Assembly (NCBI GenBank): GCA_964452555.1
Contig: CAYVMI010000024.1
Span: 11,250-75,249 of the forward strand
DNA: 64,000 nt
Reading direction: 5' to 3'
DNA from: an uncultured Desulfobacterales bacterium
GTDB taxonomy: Bacteria > Desulfobacterota > Desulfobacteria > Desulfobacterales > B30-G6
Of this stretch, positions 46,486 through 56,308 are shown in pieces (positions within the stretch are counted from its first letter, which is position 1; every line of letters begins with the position of its first letter). The notes beneath the pieces are model-generated. The model did no database searches, was not told the origin of the DNA, and saw nothing but the letters and a program-made list of their open reading frames with translations. The position numbers were made by a program, and so were the translations under genes.

Positions 46486-47478
46486 CTAACCCCGCTGCAA
46501 GTCTTTGACGAGCTCAGTCGAGTCGCTAGGGGGAATGCACTCGCCATCGCAGTCCAACCCACCGAGTTTGGATGTAATATACCTCTTAACCCTCCCATCG
46601 ATGGCAATTAATCCCAGGGCAATTGTCGCCATGCCCAAATAATGACGCAGGTCCAGACGTTCACCTAACAGGAAGATACCGAGCAACATGGCACTGACCG
46701 GGATTAGAAAGGTTACCAGCATCAGGTTGGTTGCGCCGGCAGACGAGAGGATCTTAAAATATAAAATATAAGCCAGGGCCGTACACACCAAGGCCAGTGT
46801 AAGCATACAGGTCCAAATATTTACACCCGGGTTTGATAGAGTCCAGGGTTTGTCTATCACCAGCGACACCGGTATCATCAACAGCGCGCTGCAGGTCAGT
46901 TGTCCGGTTGCCATGACATAAGGCGATTCTTTTTTGAATTGTTTGCCGAATATACCGGCAAAGGCGTAGGATATCGCCGCTCCCACCACCGCCAGTTGAG
47001 CGAAAGCATTGGCACCGAATCCCTTGAGAACATCCGGGCCGATGATAATGATCACCCCGATTATCCCTAAAATCACACCGCTCAATCGACCTGGATTCAA
47101 TTTTTCATCCCGGGTTAGAAAATGAGCCAGCATCACGGTCCAAAGGGGTGTTGTGGCGTTAAGAATGGATGCCAGACCGCTGGCAATTTTGATCTGACCC
47201 CAAAAAATCAGACTAAATGGAATCATATTATTGAGCAGCCCCATGACCAGAAAACCGGTCCACATCTTCAAAGACCCGGGCATGCGCCGTCCGCTAAAGA
47301 CCATGAATAAGTTCATTACAATCGCCGCTATGCCAACGCGGACCAGAACGATGGTGAGCGGCGGAATGGCAGCTACGGCCACCTTGCCCAGAAAGAAAGA
47401 CGCGCCCCAGATAAACGATAGAATCAATAGCAAAATCCATTCGACCGGCCCCATGACTCTATTTATTGACTGTTCCAT
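46486..47478 (-). CDS. EamA/DMT-superfamily transporter
   Basis: About ten helices in two EamA-like halves, with a ~35-aa hydrophilic C-terminal tail. Confidence 0.8.
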   Translation of the reverse strand: MEQSINRVMGPVEWILLLILSFIWGASFFLGKVAVAAIPPLTIVLVRVGIAAIVMNLFMVFSGRRMPGSLKMWTGFLVMGLLNNMIPFSLIFWGQIKIASGLASILNATTPLWTVMLAHFLTRDEKLNPGRLSGVILGIIGVIIIIGPDVLKGFGANAFAQLAVVGAAISYAFAGIFGKQFKKESPYVMATGQLTCSALLMIPVSLVIDKPWTLSNPGVNIWTCMLTLALVCTALAYILYFKILSSAGATNLMLVTFLIPVSAMLLGIFLLGERLDLRHYLGMATIALGLIAIDGRVKRYITSKLGGLDCDGECIPPSDSTELVKDLQRG

Positions 47479-47727
47479 ATCACCTCACTGTGTATTTATG
47501 ACGCGCAACATAATATCTTTTTGTGCCGACCGCCACCCATTTCTTGCGGTCTTTATCTTTATTTTGAGAATGGGTGTCGTATCTATTTTTTTAAAAGTTT
47601 TCGCTTTAGTCATAATTCGTGTATACAAATTGGTCAGATTGCAAAATTTGGCGTTCGTCTTCGAGCCTGGGCTGAAAATGGCCAATTCAGTTATTGTGAA
47701 AATTTAGGTTGATGCGGAAAGTTCTAA

Positions 47728-48582
47728 ATGAGCGGAATATCTTATCTGGCATTATCGGTATTATTCTCATGTGTTATTGCCGTGGCCATGAAAGTCGCCA
47801 ACACCCATGACTTTAAGTTGGGGCAGGTCTTGGCGGTTAATTACATTGTGTGCTGCCTGAGTTTGTTAATTCAAGGCAGCTGGCAGATCCACAAATTGGG
47901 CTCACCCGTTGTTTGGGCGCTGGGTGTTTCGATTGGAATTTTGTTCGTACTCAGCCTGTGGTTATATGACCGTGCCATCGCTGCAACCGGTTTGGCCCTT
48001 TCCACGACGTTGATGCGGTTGTCTGCTGCCCTGCCAACTTTAGCTTCAATCGTAGTTTTTTCTGAAAGGGCCAGTATGTTTCAGACAGTTGGTCTGGTAC
48101 TGGCATTTGCCTGTTTGCCTTTGGCCAACAAAGAGCCTTTGCGCCTGCGTCAAATCGGCAAAGATATGCGCGGTGGAATGCATTGGGGACTTCTGCTTTT
48201 TATTGCTGCAGGTGTTACCGACTTTGCGTTCAAACTCCAGGTCGAGCTTGAACCGGATGCTGACCCCAACGGCTTCATGATGCTCATATTCGGTACAGCG
48301 CTTTTACTGACGCTGCCACAGCTTTTTAAAGGGCCGCTGCCCAGCAGGCAATGTATGTTCTGGGGATTCACCCTGGGAATCAGTAATGTACTGACGACAT
48401 TATTTAAAATCCTGGCCCTGGCTATTGTGCCCGGCGCAATTGCCTTTCCCACCATGGGCATTGCCGTCATTGCGCTAACCGCCTTGGTCAGCCTGCTGAT
48501 ATGGAAAGAGAAATTGCGTCCGGCGAACTACCTGTTTCTGGCCTTGGGGGGTCTGGCGGTTTTCCTGATCAACCTCGGATAG
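47728..48582 (+). CDS. Polytopic membrane protein, DMT-like
   Basis: 284 aa, about 9-10 hydrophobic helices. Family assigned only by overall resemblance. Confidence 0.55.
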   Translation: MSGISYLALSVLFSCVIAVAMKVANTHDFKLGQVLAVNYIVCCLSLLIQGSWQIHKLGSPVVWALGVSIGILFVLSLWLYDRAIAATGLALSTTLMRLSAALPTLASIVVFSERASMFQTVGLVLAFACLPLANKEPLRLRQIGKDMRGGMHWGLLLFIAAGVTDFAFKLQVELEPDADPNGFMMLIFGTALLLTLPQLFKGPLPSRQCMFWGFTLGISNVLTTLFKILALAIVPGAIAFPTMGIAVIALTALVSLLIWKEKLRPANYLFLALGGLAVFLINLG

Positions 48583-48583
48583 C

Positions 48584-48982
48584 TGCACGTCATTACCAGG
48601 CCAACATATCGGTGCTTCCTGGATGGCCGATTACGGCTATCAATGGTGGGTCATTAAGCCGGGTGTTTTTTCGGCCCTGGTCCATGACGGCCAATATATT
48701 ATCGTGGTTCCGGAAGAAAACATCGTAGCCGTGTTCACCAGTAGTTTGATCGCCAGGGATACCTGGGCGCCCATGGGTTTACTGTTCACCTATATCCTAC
48801 CGGCTTTAGAATCCACGACATCGCTGTCACAGAATGCCAAAATGAACAAGACACTCAATAGGGCCTGCGCCTGCACCCAAGCGGCCACCCATTATATTCT
48901 TATAATTCACTGTATTTCGATTCAAAGGCATGTTACAAACGGCCTCGATAAGCACATCAAGCCACCATTTCCCAATACATAA
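48584..48982 (+). pseudogene. C-terminal remnant of a beta-lactamase-like serine hydrolase
   Basis: GYQWWVIKPGVFSALVHDGQYIIVVPEENIVAVFTS is typical of the last ~50 aa of class-C-like serine hydrolases. There is no N-terminal catalytic part. Confidence 0.4.
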
Positions 48983-48993
48983 GTAGGTCCGTC

Positions 48994-50220
48994 ATGCATA
49001 ATAAAAAACAGATTATTGATGCCGCGACACTGTGCGTGCATGCCGGTGAAGGTGTCGATCCGCAAACCAAGGCATTGCGCCGGCCGATTCATATGGCCAA
49101 TTCCTATGAACTGCCTACGGATATCGAGGAACTACTGGAGGTCTTTTCCTGGGATAACCTGGACAAGTTTCAATATACCCGTGAGCATAGTGCCACACCA
49201 CGGCATCTGGAAGAACGCCTGGCCGCCCTCGAGGGCAGCGAGGATTGTGTCGTCACCGCCAGCGGTATGGGTGCGGTTTCGGCCTTGCTCTTCACCCTGC
49301 TCAAATCCGGCGATCATCTGGTGGCGTCGGAAATTTGTTATACCGGCACCCAGAAACTGATGAGTGTACACCTGCCCCGTTTTGGTATTGATGCCAGTAT
49401 GGTAGACACCACTGATTTGGACGCTGTCCGGGCGGCCATTCGGCCGGAGACCAAATTGATTTTTGTGGAAACACCGGGTAATCCCCTGGTGACCATCAGC
49501 GATATCGCCGCCATTGCAGCCATAGCGCAGGACGCCGGTGCTCTCCTGGTGGTGGATAGCACCTGGTCGGGCCTAATTTCCCAAAGCCCTTTGCAGCACG
49601 GGGCCGATATCGTAATCCACAGCGCCACAAAATACTTAAACGGCCACGGTGATGCCCTTGGGGGGACGATCATGGGTCCCGGAAAGCTGCTGGCCGATGT
49701 ACGCGAATACGGCATTGTCCACTTGGGAGCCTGCATCAGTCCCTTCAATGCCTGGCTGATCATGAGAGGTCTGGTCACCCTGCCCCTGCGGATGATGCAA
49801 CATGCCCACAACGCCCAAAAAATAACCCAATTTTTAGCTTCCCATGAGGGGGTTTTTCGCGTGCACTATCCCGGTCATCCGGACCACCCCCAACATGAAA
49901 TCGCCAAAAAGCAGATGTCGGATTTCTCCGGTATGCTTAATTTCAGTCTCAACATCGATCTGCTGGAGAATTTTGAATTTCTCAAAGCCTTGCGTCTCAT
50001 TCGACATGCGGTATCTCTGGGACATGATCAAAGCCTAATTCTGTTTATTCCTACGATCTTCTTTTTTGAAGATATGGTTCAGTTTGATGCGGACCAAAAG
50101 GAAAAGTATGCCCGGATCATGGGGGACGGGATCTATCGCTTTAGCGTGGGGCTGGAAAGTCCGGAGGCAATCATAGGGGATTTGTCTCAGGCTCTAGAAG
50201 TTGTTGGATTGAGGCTTTAA
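48994..50220 (+). CDS. PLP-dependent Cys/Met-metabolism enzyme (methionine gamma-lyase/cystathionine gamma-synthase family)
   Basis: HSATKYLNGHGDALGG PLP-lysine motif, with family-typical length and N-terminus (ATLCVHAGE). Confidence 0.9.
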   Translation: MHNKKQIIDAATLCVHAGEGVDPQTKALRRPIHMANSYELPTDIEELLEVFSWDNLDKFQYTREHSATPRHLEERLAALEGSEDCVVTASGMGAVSALLFTLLKSGDHLVASEICYTGTQKLMSVHLPRFGIDASMVDTTDLDAVRAAIRPETKLIFVETPGNPLVTISDIAAIAAIAQDAGALLVVDSTWSGLISQSPLQHGADIVIHSATKYLNGHGDALGGTIMGPGKLLADVREYGIVHLGACISPFNAWLIMRGLVTLPLRMMQHAHNAQKITQFLASHEGVFRVHYPGHPDHPQHEIAKKQMSDFSGMLNFSLNIDLLENFEFLKALRLIRHAVSLGHDQSLILFIPTIFFFEDMVQFDADQKEKYARIMGDGIYRFSVGLESPEAIIGDLSQALEVVGLRL

Positions 50221-50297
50221 TCACAACGAGGGTTCAAGAGCGTTACGGGTTGCAAGGCACGCGTTGCATGTTGAGCATTGAGCTGAAAGCAATTAGC

Positions 50298-50327
50298 AGC
50301 CTATAGCCTACAGCCTAATAGCCTAAC
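50298..50327. repeat. Tandem heptamer array (AGCCTAN)x4 upstream of mttB
   Basis: AGCCTAT AGCCTAC AGCCTAAT AGCCTAAC. Confidence 0.65.
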
Positions 50328-50397
50328 TGAGTTAATTGAGTTCCTTTTTTTAACTATCTAATCTGAATTTAAAATTGCATAAGGAGTCTACCAGACC

Positions 50398-51861
50398 ATG
50401 CAGCCCCAACGACTCGAATTTCTAAGTCCGGAAGAAGTAGAAAGCATTCAAAACAAGACCCTCGAAATTCTTGAGAGAACAGGCATCAAGGTCAATCTCA
50501 AAAAGATGCGAGATTTACTGGCCGATCATGGCTGCCGGGTGGATCCCAAGACCCATATCACCAAATTGCCGCCGTCATTGGTGCAGTCTGCCATTCAAAA
50601 GGCGCCCACAGAATTTGTCATCCATGGCGCTGATCCCGACATGCGTTTTCCCATCGGCCCGGGAAAGCGGGTCTGGTCCGGTCTGGGCACTGCCTTTCGC
50701 ATGCTGAACATCGAAGACGGTAGCCATTCAGACGCCACCCATCAGGATGTTGCCACCCATTTAATTCTCTTTGACCACCTGGACAATATCTCCTGTAATC
50801 AGATGGACGTCTGGGCCCAGGATCTGCCCATGCATACCATCCATGTGGAAGCCTTACGCACCTGGGCATTGGAGTGCCGGAAATCCATCGGGATGGGTGC
50901 TTACGGCGTTATGGCCACTCAGGACATGATGGAGATGATCTCCCTGATTCGGGGCGGTCGCGATCAAATGAAAAAATTTCCGCCTTTCTGCGGCATTGTG
51001 AGCATCGAGAGCCCCCTGTCCAGCACCCAGGCGCAGCTGGAAGGCATGATCATTCTGGGGGAGCATGGCATGCCGGCGCTGCTCTCACCCGAGGCCATGG
51101 CTGGTACCACGGCACCGGCGCCCCTGGCCGGTCTTTTGTTGCAGCATAACGTGGAGATCATCGCGCATGTGGCCATGGCTCAGATTGCCAATCCAGGCGC
51201 ACCGGTCATGTATGGAACGGTTTCGACAATAGCCGATTTAAAAACCGGTTCCCCGGCTCTGGGTTCAATTGAGACCGGCATGATCAGCGCTGCTTCGGCT
51301 CAGCTAGCGCGGTCGTATGGTTTACCGGTTCGTACCGTCGCCGGCGCCACCGAATCCAAGTTGCTGGATGTTCAATGTGGGTTTGAAAGAGCCCAATCCA
51401 TGCTGCTGGCGGCCATGGCCGGTGCCAACTACATCACCTGCATCGGAACCTTGGAATCCACCAACCTGGGTGCGCATGAAATGGCGGTTATCGACAATGA
51501 GATCACCGGCAGGGTAGACCGGGCCCTAAGGGGCATTCACGTGGACGATACCATGCTGGCGGCGGAAGATATCCAGCGGGTAGGTCCGGGCGGTAACTAC
51601 TTAATGGAGCCCCTGACTTTGGAGAGCTTTAAACAGGAGCATTTCATTCCTTCGGTTTCCGATCGGGATCAAATGGAGGCCTGGAAAACGGCCGGCAGTC
51701 CGGGCATTGCCGATCATGCCCGGGCCGAAGTGGCCAGGATCCTAGCCGAGCATCAACCCAGAGAGCTGGATCCCAAACTGGTGCGGGAACTGGACAACTA
51801 TGTGGCGATGGTCCAAAAACGCAGCATCACCGATTTTGAAGCGGCGGAATGGGAATCATAG
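50398..51861 (+). CDS. MttB-superfamily methyltransferase, non-pyrrolysine type (complete)
   Basis: 487 aa, uninterrupted. Similar throughout to ORF 12797-14230. Confidence 0.9.
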   Translation: MQPQRLEFLSPEEVESIQNKTLEILERTGIKVNLKKMRDLLADHGCRVDPKTHITKLPPSLVQSAIQKAPTEFVIHGADPDMRFPIGPGKRVWSGLGTAFRMLNIEDGSHSDATHQDVATHLILFDHLDNISCNQMDVWAQDLPMHTIHVEALRTWALECRKSIGMGAYGVMATQDMMEMISLIRGGRDQMKKFPPFCGIVSIESPLSSTQAQLEGMIILGEHGMPALLSPEAMAGTTAPAPLAGLLLQHNVEIIAHVAMAQIANPGAPVMYGTVSTIADLKTGSPALGSIETGMISAASAQLARSYGLPVRTVAGATESKLLDVQCGFERAQSMLLAAMAGANYITCIGTLESTNLGAHEMAVIDNEITGRVDRALRGIHVDDTMLAAEDIQRVGPGGNYLMEPLTLESFKQEHFIPSVSDRDQMEAWKTAGSPGIADHARAEVARILAEHQPRELDPKLVRELDNYVAMVQKRSITDFEAAEWES

Positions 51862-51865
51862 AGAT

Positions 51866-51902
51866 CAGGCTGATAGGTGTATAGGCTGTAGACTATTAGG
51901 CG
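51866..51902. repeat. Tandem array of the complementary heptamer (TAGGCTN-like units) downstream of mttB, inverted relative to 50298-50327
   Basis: CAGGCTGA TAGGTGTA TAGGCTG TAGACTAT TAGGCG. The core TAGGCTGTAG is the reverse complement of CTACAGCCTA in the upstream array. Confidence 0.6.
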
Positions 51903-52054
51903 CTGACAGCTATTCGTAATTTGGTTTTTTGTATGCTTATACGAATTGCTAATCCTTCAATGTTGGACGTTCGATGTTCGATGTTATATTACTGTGTTTC
52001 AATTCTGCAACTTATTTCTAGCGATTAAGCTGAACCTGCTGATAATGTAAACAA

Positions 52055-53401
52055 ATGAAAGAAATGCCACCTGAAGCACCCTTAACCTACCGCGAAACCA
52101 TTGTTTACAACTTGGCGGGATTCTCACTGAATATCTACGAGACAATCCTGGCAGCCTGGGTCATGTTTTTCTATATGCCGCCGGAAGACAGCGGACATAT
52201 ACGCTATATTCCTATGGCGATTCTGGGCATCATCCTGGCCGGCGGCCGCATACTGGATGCGCTGACCGATCCCCTTGTCGGCTACCTCAGCGATCGGACA
52301 TCATCACGCTGGGGCCGGCGCAAACCTTTCATTTTCGTGGCGGCACCCCTGCTGTATATTTCTTTTGCCTTGATCTGGCTGCCTCCCCAAGCTCAGACCA
52401 GCTATCTCAATGCGATCTATCTGGGTGCGATACTTTTTGTGTACTACTGGGCCTATACCGGCGTCCTGATTCCCTGGTTCGCGGTTCTGCCGGAAATGCG
52501 GCGCGAAAACAAAAAGCGGGTTAAAATCGCTACGTTCGGTGTGGCCATCGGCGTTATTGGATCACTAGTGGGTGGCGGTCTTTCCGGTCCGCTGCTGGAG
52601 AGTCTGGGCGCCTTTAAAATGTCCCTGATTCTGGGTGCGGTCGCCCTTGTTGGCAGTGAGCTGACCCTGCTGGGCATACAGGAAAAGCCTGCTGGCAATT
52701 CAGCCCAACCCAAGCCGGATACCGAGGGCTTTCTCAAGGTCCTGAAAGTTGTATTTCTGGATCGACAGGTACTGTCCTTTGCCGTCACGATTATGTTGGT
52801 GCAGCTGACCTACCAGCTGATGCTCATGAACGTTCCCTATTTCACCACCCTGATCCTGGGTCAGGATGAAGCGGCCGCATCCATGTTAATGGGTAAAATC
52901 ATCATCCTCATCGCCCTGTCCACGCCCGCATGGTATTTTTTGTTGAGTAAATTTCCTAAACGACAGGTTTTCCGATTTATCATGCTGGCCATGGCGACCG
53001 GCTTTATTTTCAGTTTTTTTATTGGCAAATTGCCGGTCATGCCTTTAAATCTGCAGGCCATTATCATTTTAGCGATTGTATCCATTCCGCTGGGCGGCAT
53101 GTTTGTGGTTGCCTTGGGTTTGATCGCCGACCTGACAGACTACGATGAACTTAAATCCGGCCAAAGGCGTGAAGCCGTCTACTACGGGATTTATGGCATC
53201 GTGCGTAAAACCGGATGGGCTTTCTGCTCATTGATTATGATGGGCATTTTCAATATCTTTGGATTTAGTACCGAAAATCCCCTGGGCGTTCAGGTTCTGT
53301 GGCTGGTGTGCGCTCTGGTATGTTTATTGGGTTTTGTGACCTTTTTACCCTACCGGCTCGGGGACAGCCAAGCTGAAACTAAAAAAATCATGCAGCTGTA
53401 A
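52055..53401 (+). CDS. MFS transporter of the glycoside-pentoside-hexuronide (GPH) cation-symporter type
   Basis: 448 aa, 12 helices. The DPLVGYLSDRTSSRWGRRKPF motif is typical of GPH/MelB-like carriers. Confidence 0.85.
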   Translation: MKEMPPEAPLTYRETIVYNLAGFSLNIYETILAAWVMFFYMPPEDSGHIRYIPMAILGIILAGGRILDALTDPLVGYLSDRTSSRWGRRKPFIFVAAPLLYISFALIWLPPQAQTSYLNAIYLGAILFVYYWAYTGVLIPWFAVLPEMRRENKKRVKIATFGVAIGVIGSLVGGGLSGPLLESLGAFKMSLILGAVALVGSELTLLGIQEKPAGNSAQPKPDTEGFLKVLKVVFLDRQVLSFAVTIMLVQLTYQLMLMNVPYFTTLILGQDEAAASMLMGKIIILIALSTPAWYFLLSKFPKRQVFRFIMLAMATGFIFSFFIGKLPVMPLNLQAIIILAIVSIPLGGMFVVALGLIADLTDYDELKSGQRREAVYYGIYGIVRKTGWAFCSLIMMGIFNIFGFSTENPLGVQVLWLVCALVCLLGFVTFLPYRLGDSQAETKKIMQL

Positions 53402-53422
53402 TGTACGGCCCTAACCGCGTTC

Positions 53423-53938
53423 TCAAGCCAAAACAGATTTTGCAAATTTTTTAGCCGCGTTCAGGTCCGCTTCATCCGGATGCCCGCTCATTTGGGCTTT
53501 CTTTCGCTGCCATTCCGCGTCGTCAACCCCTTGCATCTCCTGTACGGCCGCGTGCATGGCATCCGCCAAATAGCCCTGACAACTAAAACATCCCTTATTT
53601 ACCATGCTCTTTGTTTCACATGCATCCGAATATGCTTTGATCATTTGGTCTAATTGCTGCTGGGGGTAGGCCGGTGCAGCGTGGGTGATAAAGCCTGCAA
53701 AGCTGATTCCCGGTAGTTCCGGGATTTGCTCTAAAAAGTCGGCAACCTCCTTGGCCACAACTCCGGCGTGAATGGGCGATCCCATAAAAATAGTATCAAA
53801 CTGGTTTAATGCGTTTGGATCAACCGCATCCAGCTTCATTAAAACAACATTATGTTTTTCGGAAGCCTGCGCATGGATTGCCGTCGCAACTTTTTCAGTA
53901 TTTCCGGATTGACTAACATAGGTCACCAAAATCTTCAT
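53423..53938 (-). CDS. Flavodoxin-family protein
   Basis: MKILVTYVSQSGNTEKVA FMN-phosphate loop. Confidence 0.8.
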   Translation of the reverse strand: MKILVTYVSQSGNTEKVATAIHAQASEKHNVVLMKLDAVDPNALNQFDTIFMGSPIHAGVVAKEVADFLEQIPELPGISFAGFITHAAPAYPQQQLDQMIKAYSDACETKSMVNKGCFSCQGYLADAMHAAVQEMQGVDDAEWQRKKAQMSGHPDEADLNAAKKFAKSVLA

Positions 53939-53957
53939 TTGATAATTCCTTTCTTAA

Positions 53958-54773
53958 TTATGATTCCTTTAAGTGCTTCCACGCCGGTGTGATCAATACT
54001 GAATCACTCGCCTCAAGTTCCATCCGCTCAAAAAGAGATATCGGGAGGGTGAGCGTCAGCGTGCTCTTATGGAAGTACTTACGCATGACCTCCCGGCCAT
54101 CCACATCCAACATCCCCAAAATTGCCCGGGGAGACTTCAGTTCTCCGGCAGCATAGGCAAAGGCCGTGATGCGCATACAGTCAGCGCCCTGGGGAACTTG
54201 GATCGGGTCCGTTCCCGGCAGGACCGATCCGGTCAGGGTAATCAACGCACCCAACTCATCCGGATTCACCGGAAATATAACGGCACGGACGTTATCTTCT
54301 GGCTTAATCTGGTTTAGGGGTTTAAACAACACATAATCCTGGGAGATATCGTAGCGTGGCAGGCCATGCTGAATCCACTCTTTGGCCAACTCAGCATTGC
54401 AGTGCCTTCGTTCTCCGTATTCGAACAATGAACGCCAACTCTTGGGTGCGGCGTCCATTTGCTTACGATAGACTTCTTTATTGCCGGCAGATTGAATGCC
54501 CTTGCTAAAAAACGCTGCATAGCGGTCCAACATTTCATCGCTAGCATCCATATCAAAACCGAGCCCCATGGCCGCCCGACCGCCGGTGCAGACAATACTC
54601 TGGCGACTGCCCCCGGATACCCGGTTTCGTCGGGAGGCACTGGCAAATAAGTATAAAATACAACCGAATCGACCCGGCTTAAACTGCAACACGTTTTCAG
54701 GAACAGCATCACTCCAAACAACGGCCACGGGCTCGAACTCCGGTTGCAGATGTTTTACAATAGTGCTCTCCAC
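53958..54773 (-). CDS. DUF169-like protein (recognised from memory only)
   Basis: 271 aa. N-terminal EPVAVVWSD...GCILYL pattern. Confidence 0.5.
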   Translation of the reverse strand: MESTIVKHLQPEFEPVAVVWSDAVPENVLQFKPGRFGCILYLFASASRRNRVSGGSRQSIVCTGGRAAMGLGFDMDASDEMLDRYAAFFSKGIQSAGNKEVYRKQMDAAPKSWRSLFEYGERRHCNAELAKEWIQHGLPRYDISQDYVLFKPLNQIKPEDNVRAVIFPVNPDELGALITLTGSVLPGTDPIQVPQGADCMRITAFAYAAGELKSPRAILGMLDVDGREVMRKYFHKSTLTLTLPISLFERMELEASDSVLITPAWKHLKES

Positions 54774-54785
54774 CCCTATATCTCC

Positions 54786-55424
54786 CTATGATAATTCAAC
54801 CTCAGGACGAATGTATCCCGGCAAATCGTCACGTAAATGCGATCGGCCGTACCGAACTGAATCCGGGTAATATTCCGTATAAAGCTGGACTTTACCCGCG
54901 ATTTCCGCTCCGACCTGGTCGGCTATAAATGCCAAGGCCATGTCCATACCCGCCGATACGCCCGCAGATGTCCAAATGTTGCCGTCCCTGACAAAACGTT
55001 CATCCACGACATTTACATCGCCCCGTTCTTTGAGTTCCGCCCGGCAGTTCCAATAGGTAGCCGCTTTCCTGCCATTTAGCAGGCCGGCGGCATGCAGGAC
55101 CAAAGAACCGGTGCAAACCGAAAGTATTGCCTTGCAAGTGATGGCTTGCTGCTGGATAAACCGAATCACACCGGCATCTTTAAGCGCCTCGCGGGACCCA
55201 ACACCTCCGGGCACCAAAAGGTAGTCTAACCCGGGGCAAGCGGCAAATTCATAATCCGGTACAATACCCAAGCCGTTCACACATTTGATAACACTTTTGT
55301 TTTTCGCCACTGTAAAACAGGACGATGGTCCACCAAAGTATTGTCGCCAGGCATTGAACATCTCCCATGGTCCCACAAAGTCCAGTTCCTCAAGATCGTC
55401 AAACAGAAAAAAACCAAAATTCAT
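54786..55424 (-). CDS. DJ-1/PfpI-family (class I glutamine-amidotransferase-like) protein
   Basis: LLVPGG and nucleophile-elbow SVCTGSLVLAAAGLL-like motif (SVCTGSLVLHAAGLL). Start at ATG 55424 behind GGAGGAAC. Confidence 0.85.
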   Translation of the reverse strand: MNFGFFLFDDLEELDFVGPWEMFNAWRQYFGGPSSCFTVAKNKSVIKCVNGLGIVPDYEFAACPGLDYLLVPGGVGSREALKDAGVIRFIQQQAITCKAILSVCTGSLVLHAAGLLNGRKAATYWNCRAELKERGDVNVVDERFVRDGNIWTSAGVSAGMDMALAFIADQVGAEIAGKVQLYTEYYPDSVRYGRSHLRDDLPGYIRPEVELS

Positions 55425-55597
55425 CTGAGTTCCTCCCAACATCTTTTTGTTTGAATGCCTGTACGACGAATCTAGCGAGATAACCGGTCGCACCGGCTAC
55501 CAGTACTCCCGGCATGATCACACCATCTTTTTCATTATTATCACATTTCAAGATAAAATATATCCTATTATAGAAGTTATATTAATATGACTTCCAG

Positions 55598-55879
55598 TTA
55601 TTCATCCAGGGCAACCCAAACACTGTGGTTCACCAAACCAAACTCTTTGAGTGCGGCTACCAGCCGTAGGGCCAAGCGACTACCCCCGTAGTCTATTTTT
55701 TCAGAATCATGAGCCAAATGAATACAAAAATCACAATCTATCAACACACGACAATAGACCTGAACGGTGTCTTGATTGTCTGTTTTACTATCCGCTGTGA
55801 TCAATCGCCGTAATTTAGATTCGAGTGTCTCGCGATTTGTTTCAACCGATCTCAGTAGGATCACCTCTATCCACTTCAT
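55598..55879 (-). CDS. Hypothetical small protein (93 aa)
   Basis: Clean ORF divergent from the sigma-54 activator gene. No motif recognised. Confidence 0.4.
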   Translation of the reverse strand: MKWIEVILLRSVETNRETLESKLRRLITADSKTDNQDTVQVYCRVLIDCDFCIHLAHDSEKIDYGGSRLALRLVAALKEFGLVNHSVWVALDE

Positions 55880-56119
55880 GCTTACATAGCCTCCGATCTA
55901 AAGAAATCACTTCAATTAATCTAATATCCATAGTTATGAAAATGTTCCGTAATAGAAGCAGCTCTTACGCGGCTCAGCTATTTTTCCACACAAAACCGAA
56001 CAATATTTTGACAGCCATTATATCCTCTTCCAGAATCATGCCAATAATTGTTTATCTATTTATTTCAAATATTTATATTACAGCACATTGCTTTTTTACC
56101 TGATTTGACAAAAGGCATT

Positions 56120-56162
56120 TGCCATATAAGATAATTATGTTATCGTCTGCCATATAAGATAA
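56120..56162. promoter_or_regulatory. Two exact 15-bp direct repeats TGCCATATAAGATAA, 28 bp apart, in the divergent control region
   Basis: Copies at 56120-56134 and 56148-56162. Confidence 0.45.
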
Positions 56163-56308
56163 ATACCTATCTTTAACGAATCCGAGACCCGGACTCCCAA
56201 TACCGGGGACTAAATATAAAATCTGCAACTATCCGAATCGAAGTCGTCAACGACCACCGACCTTGTCGGTGGCTTATGATAAGAGTTTGAGAAATTTGAG
56301 GTTAGCCC

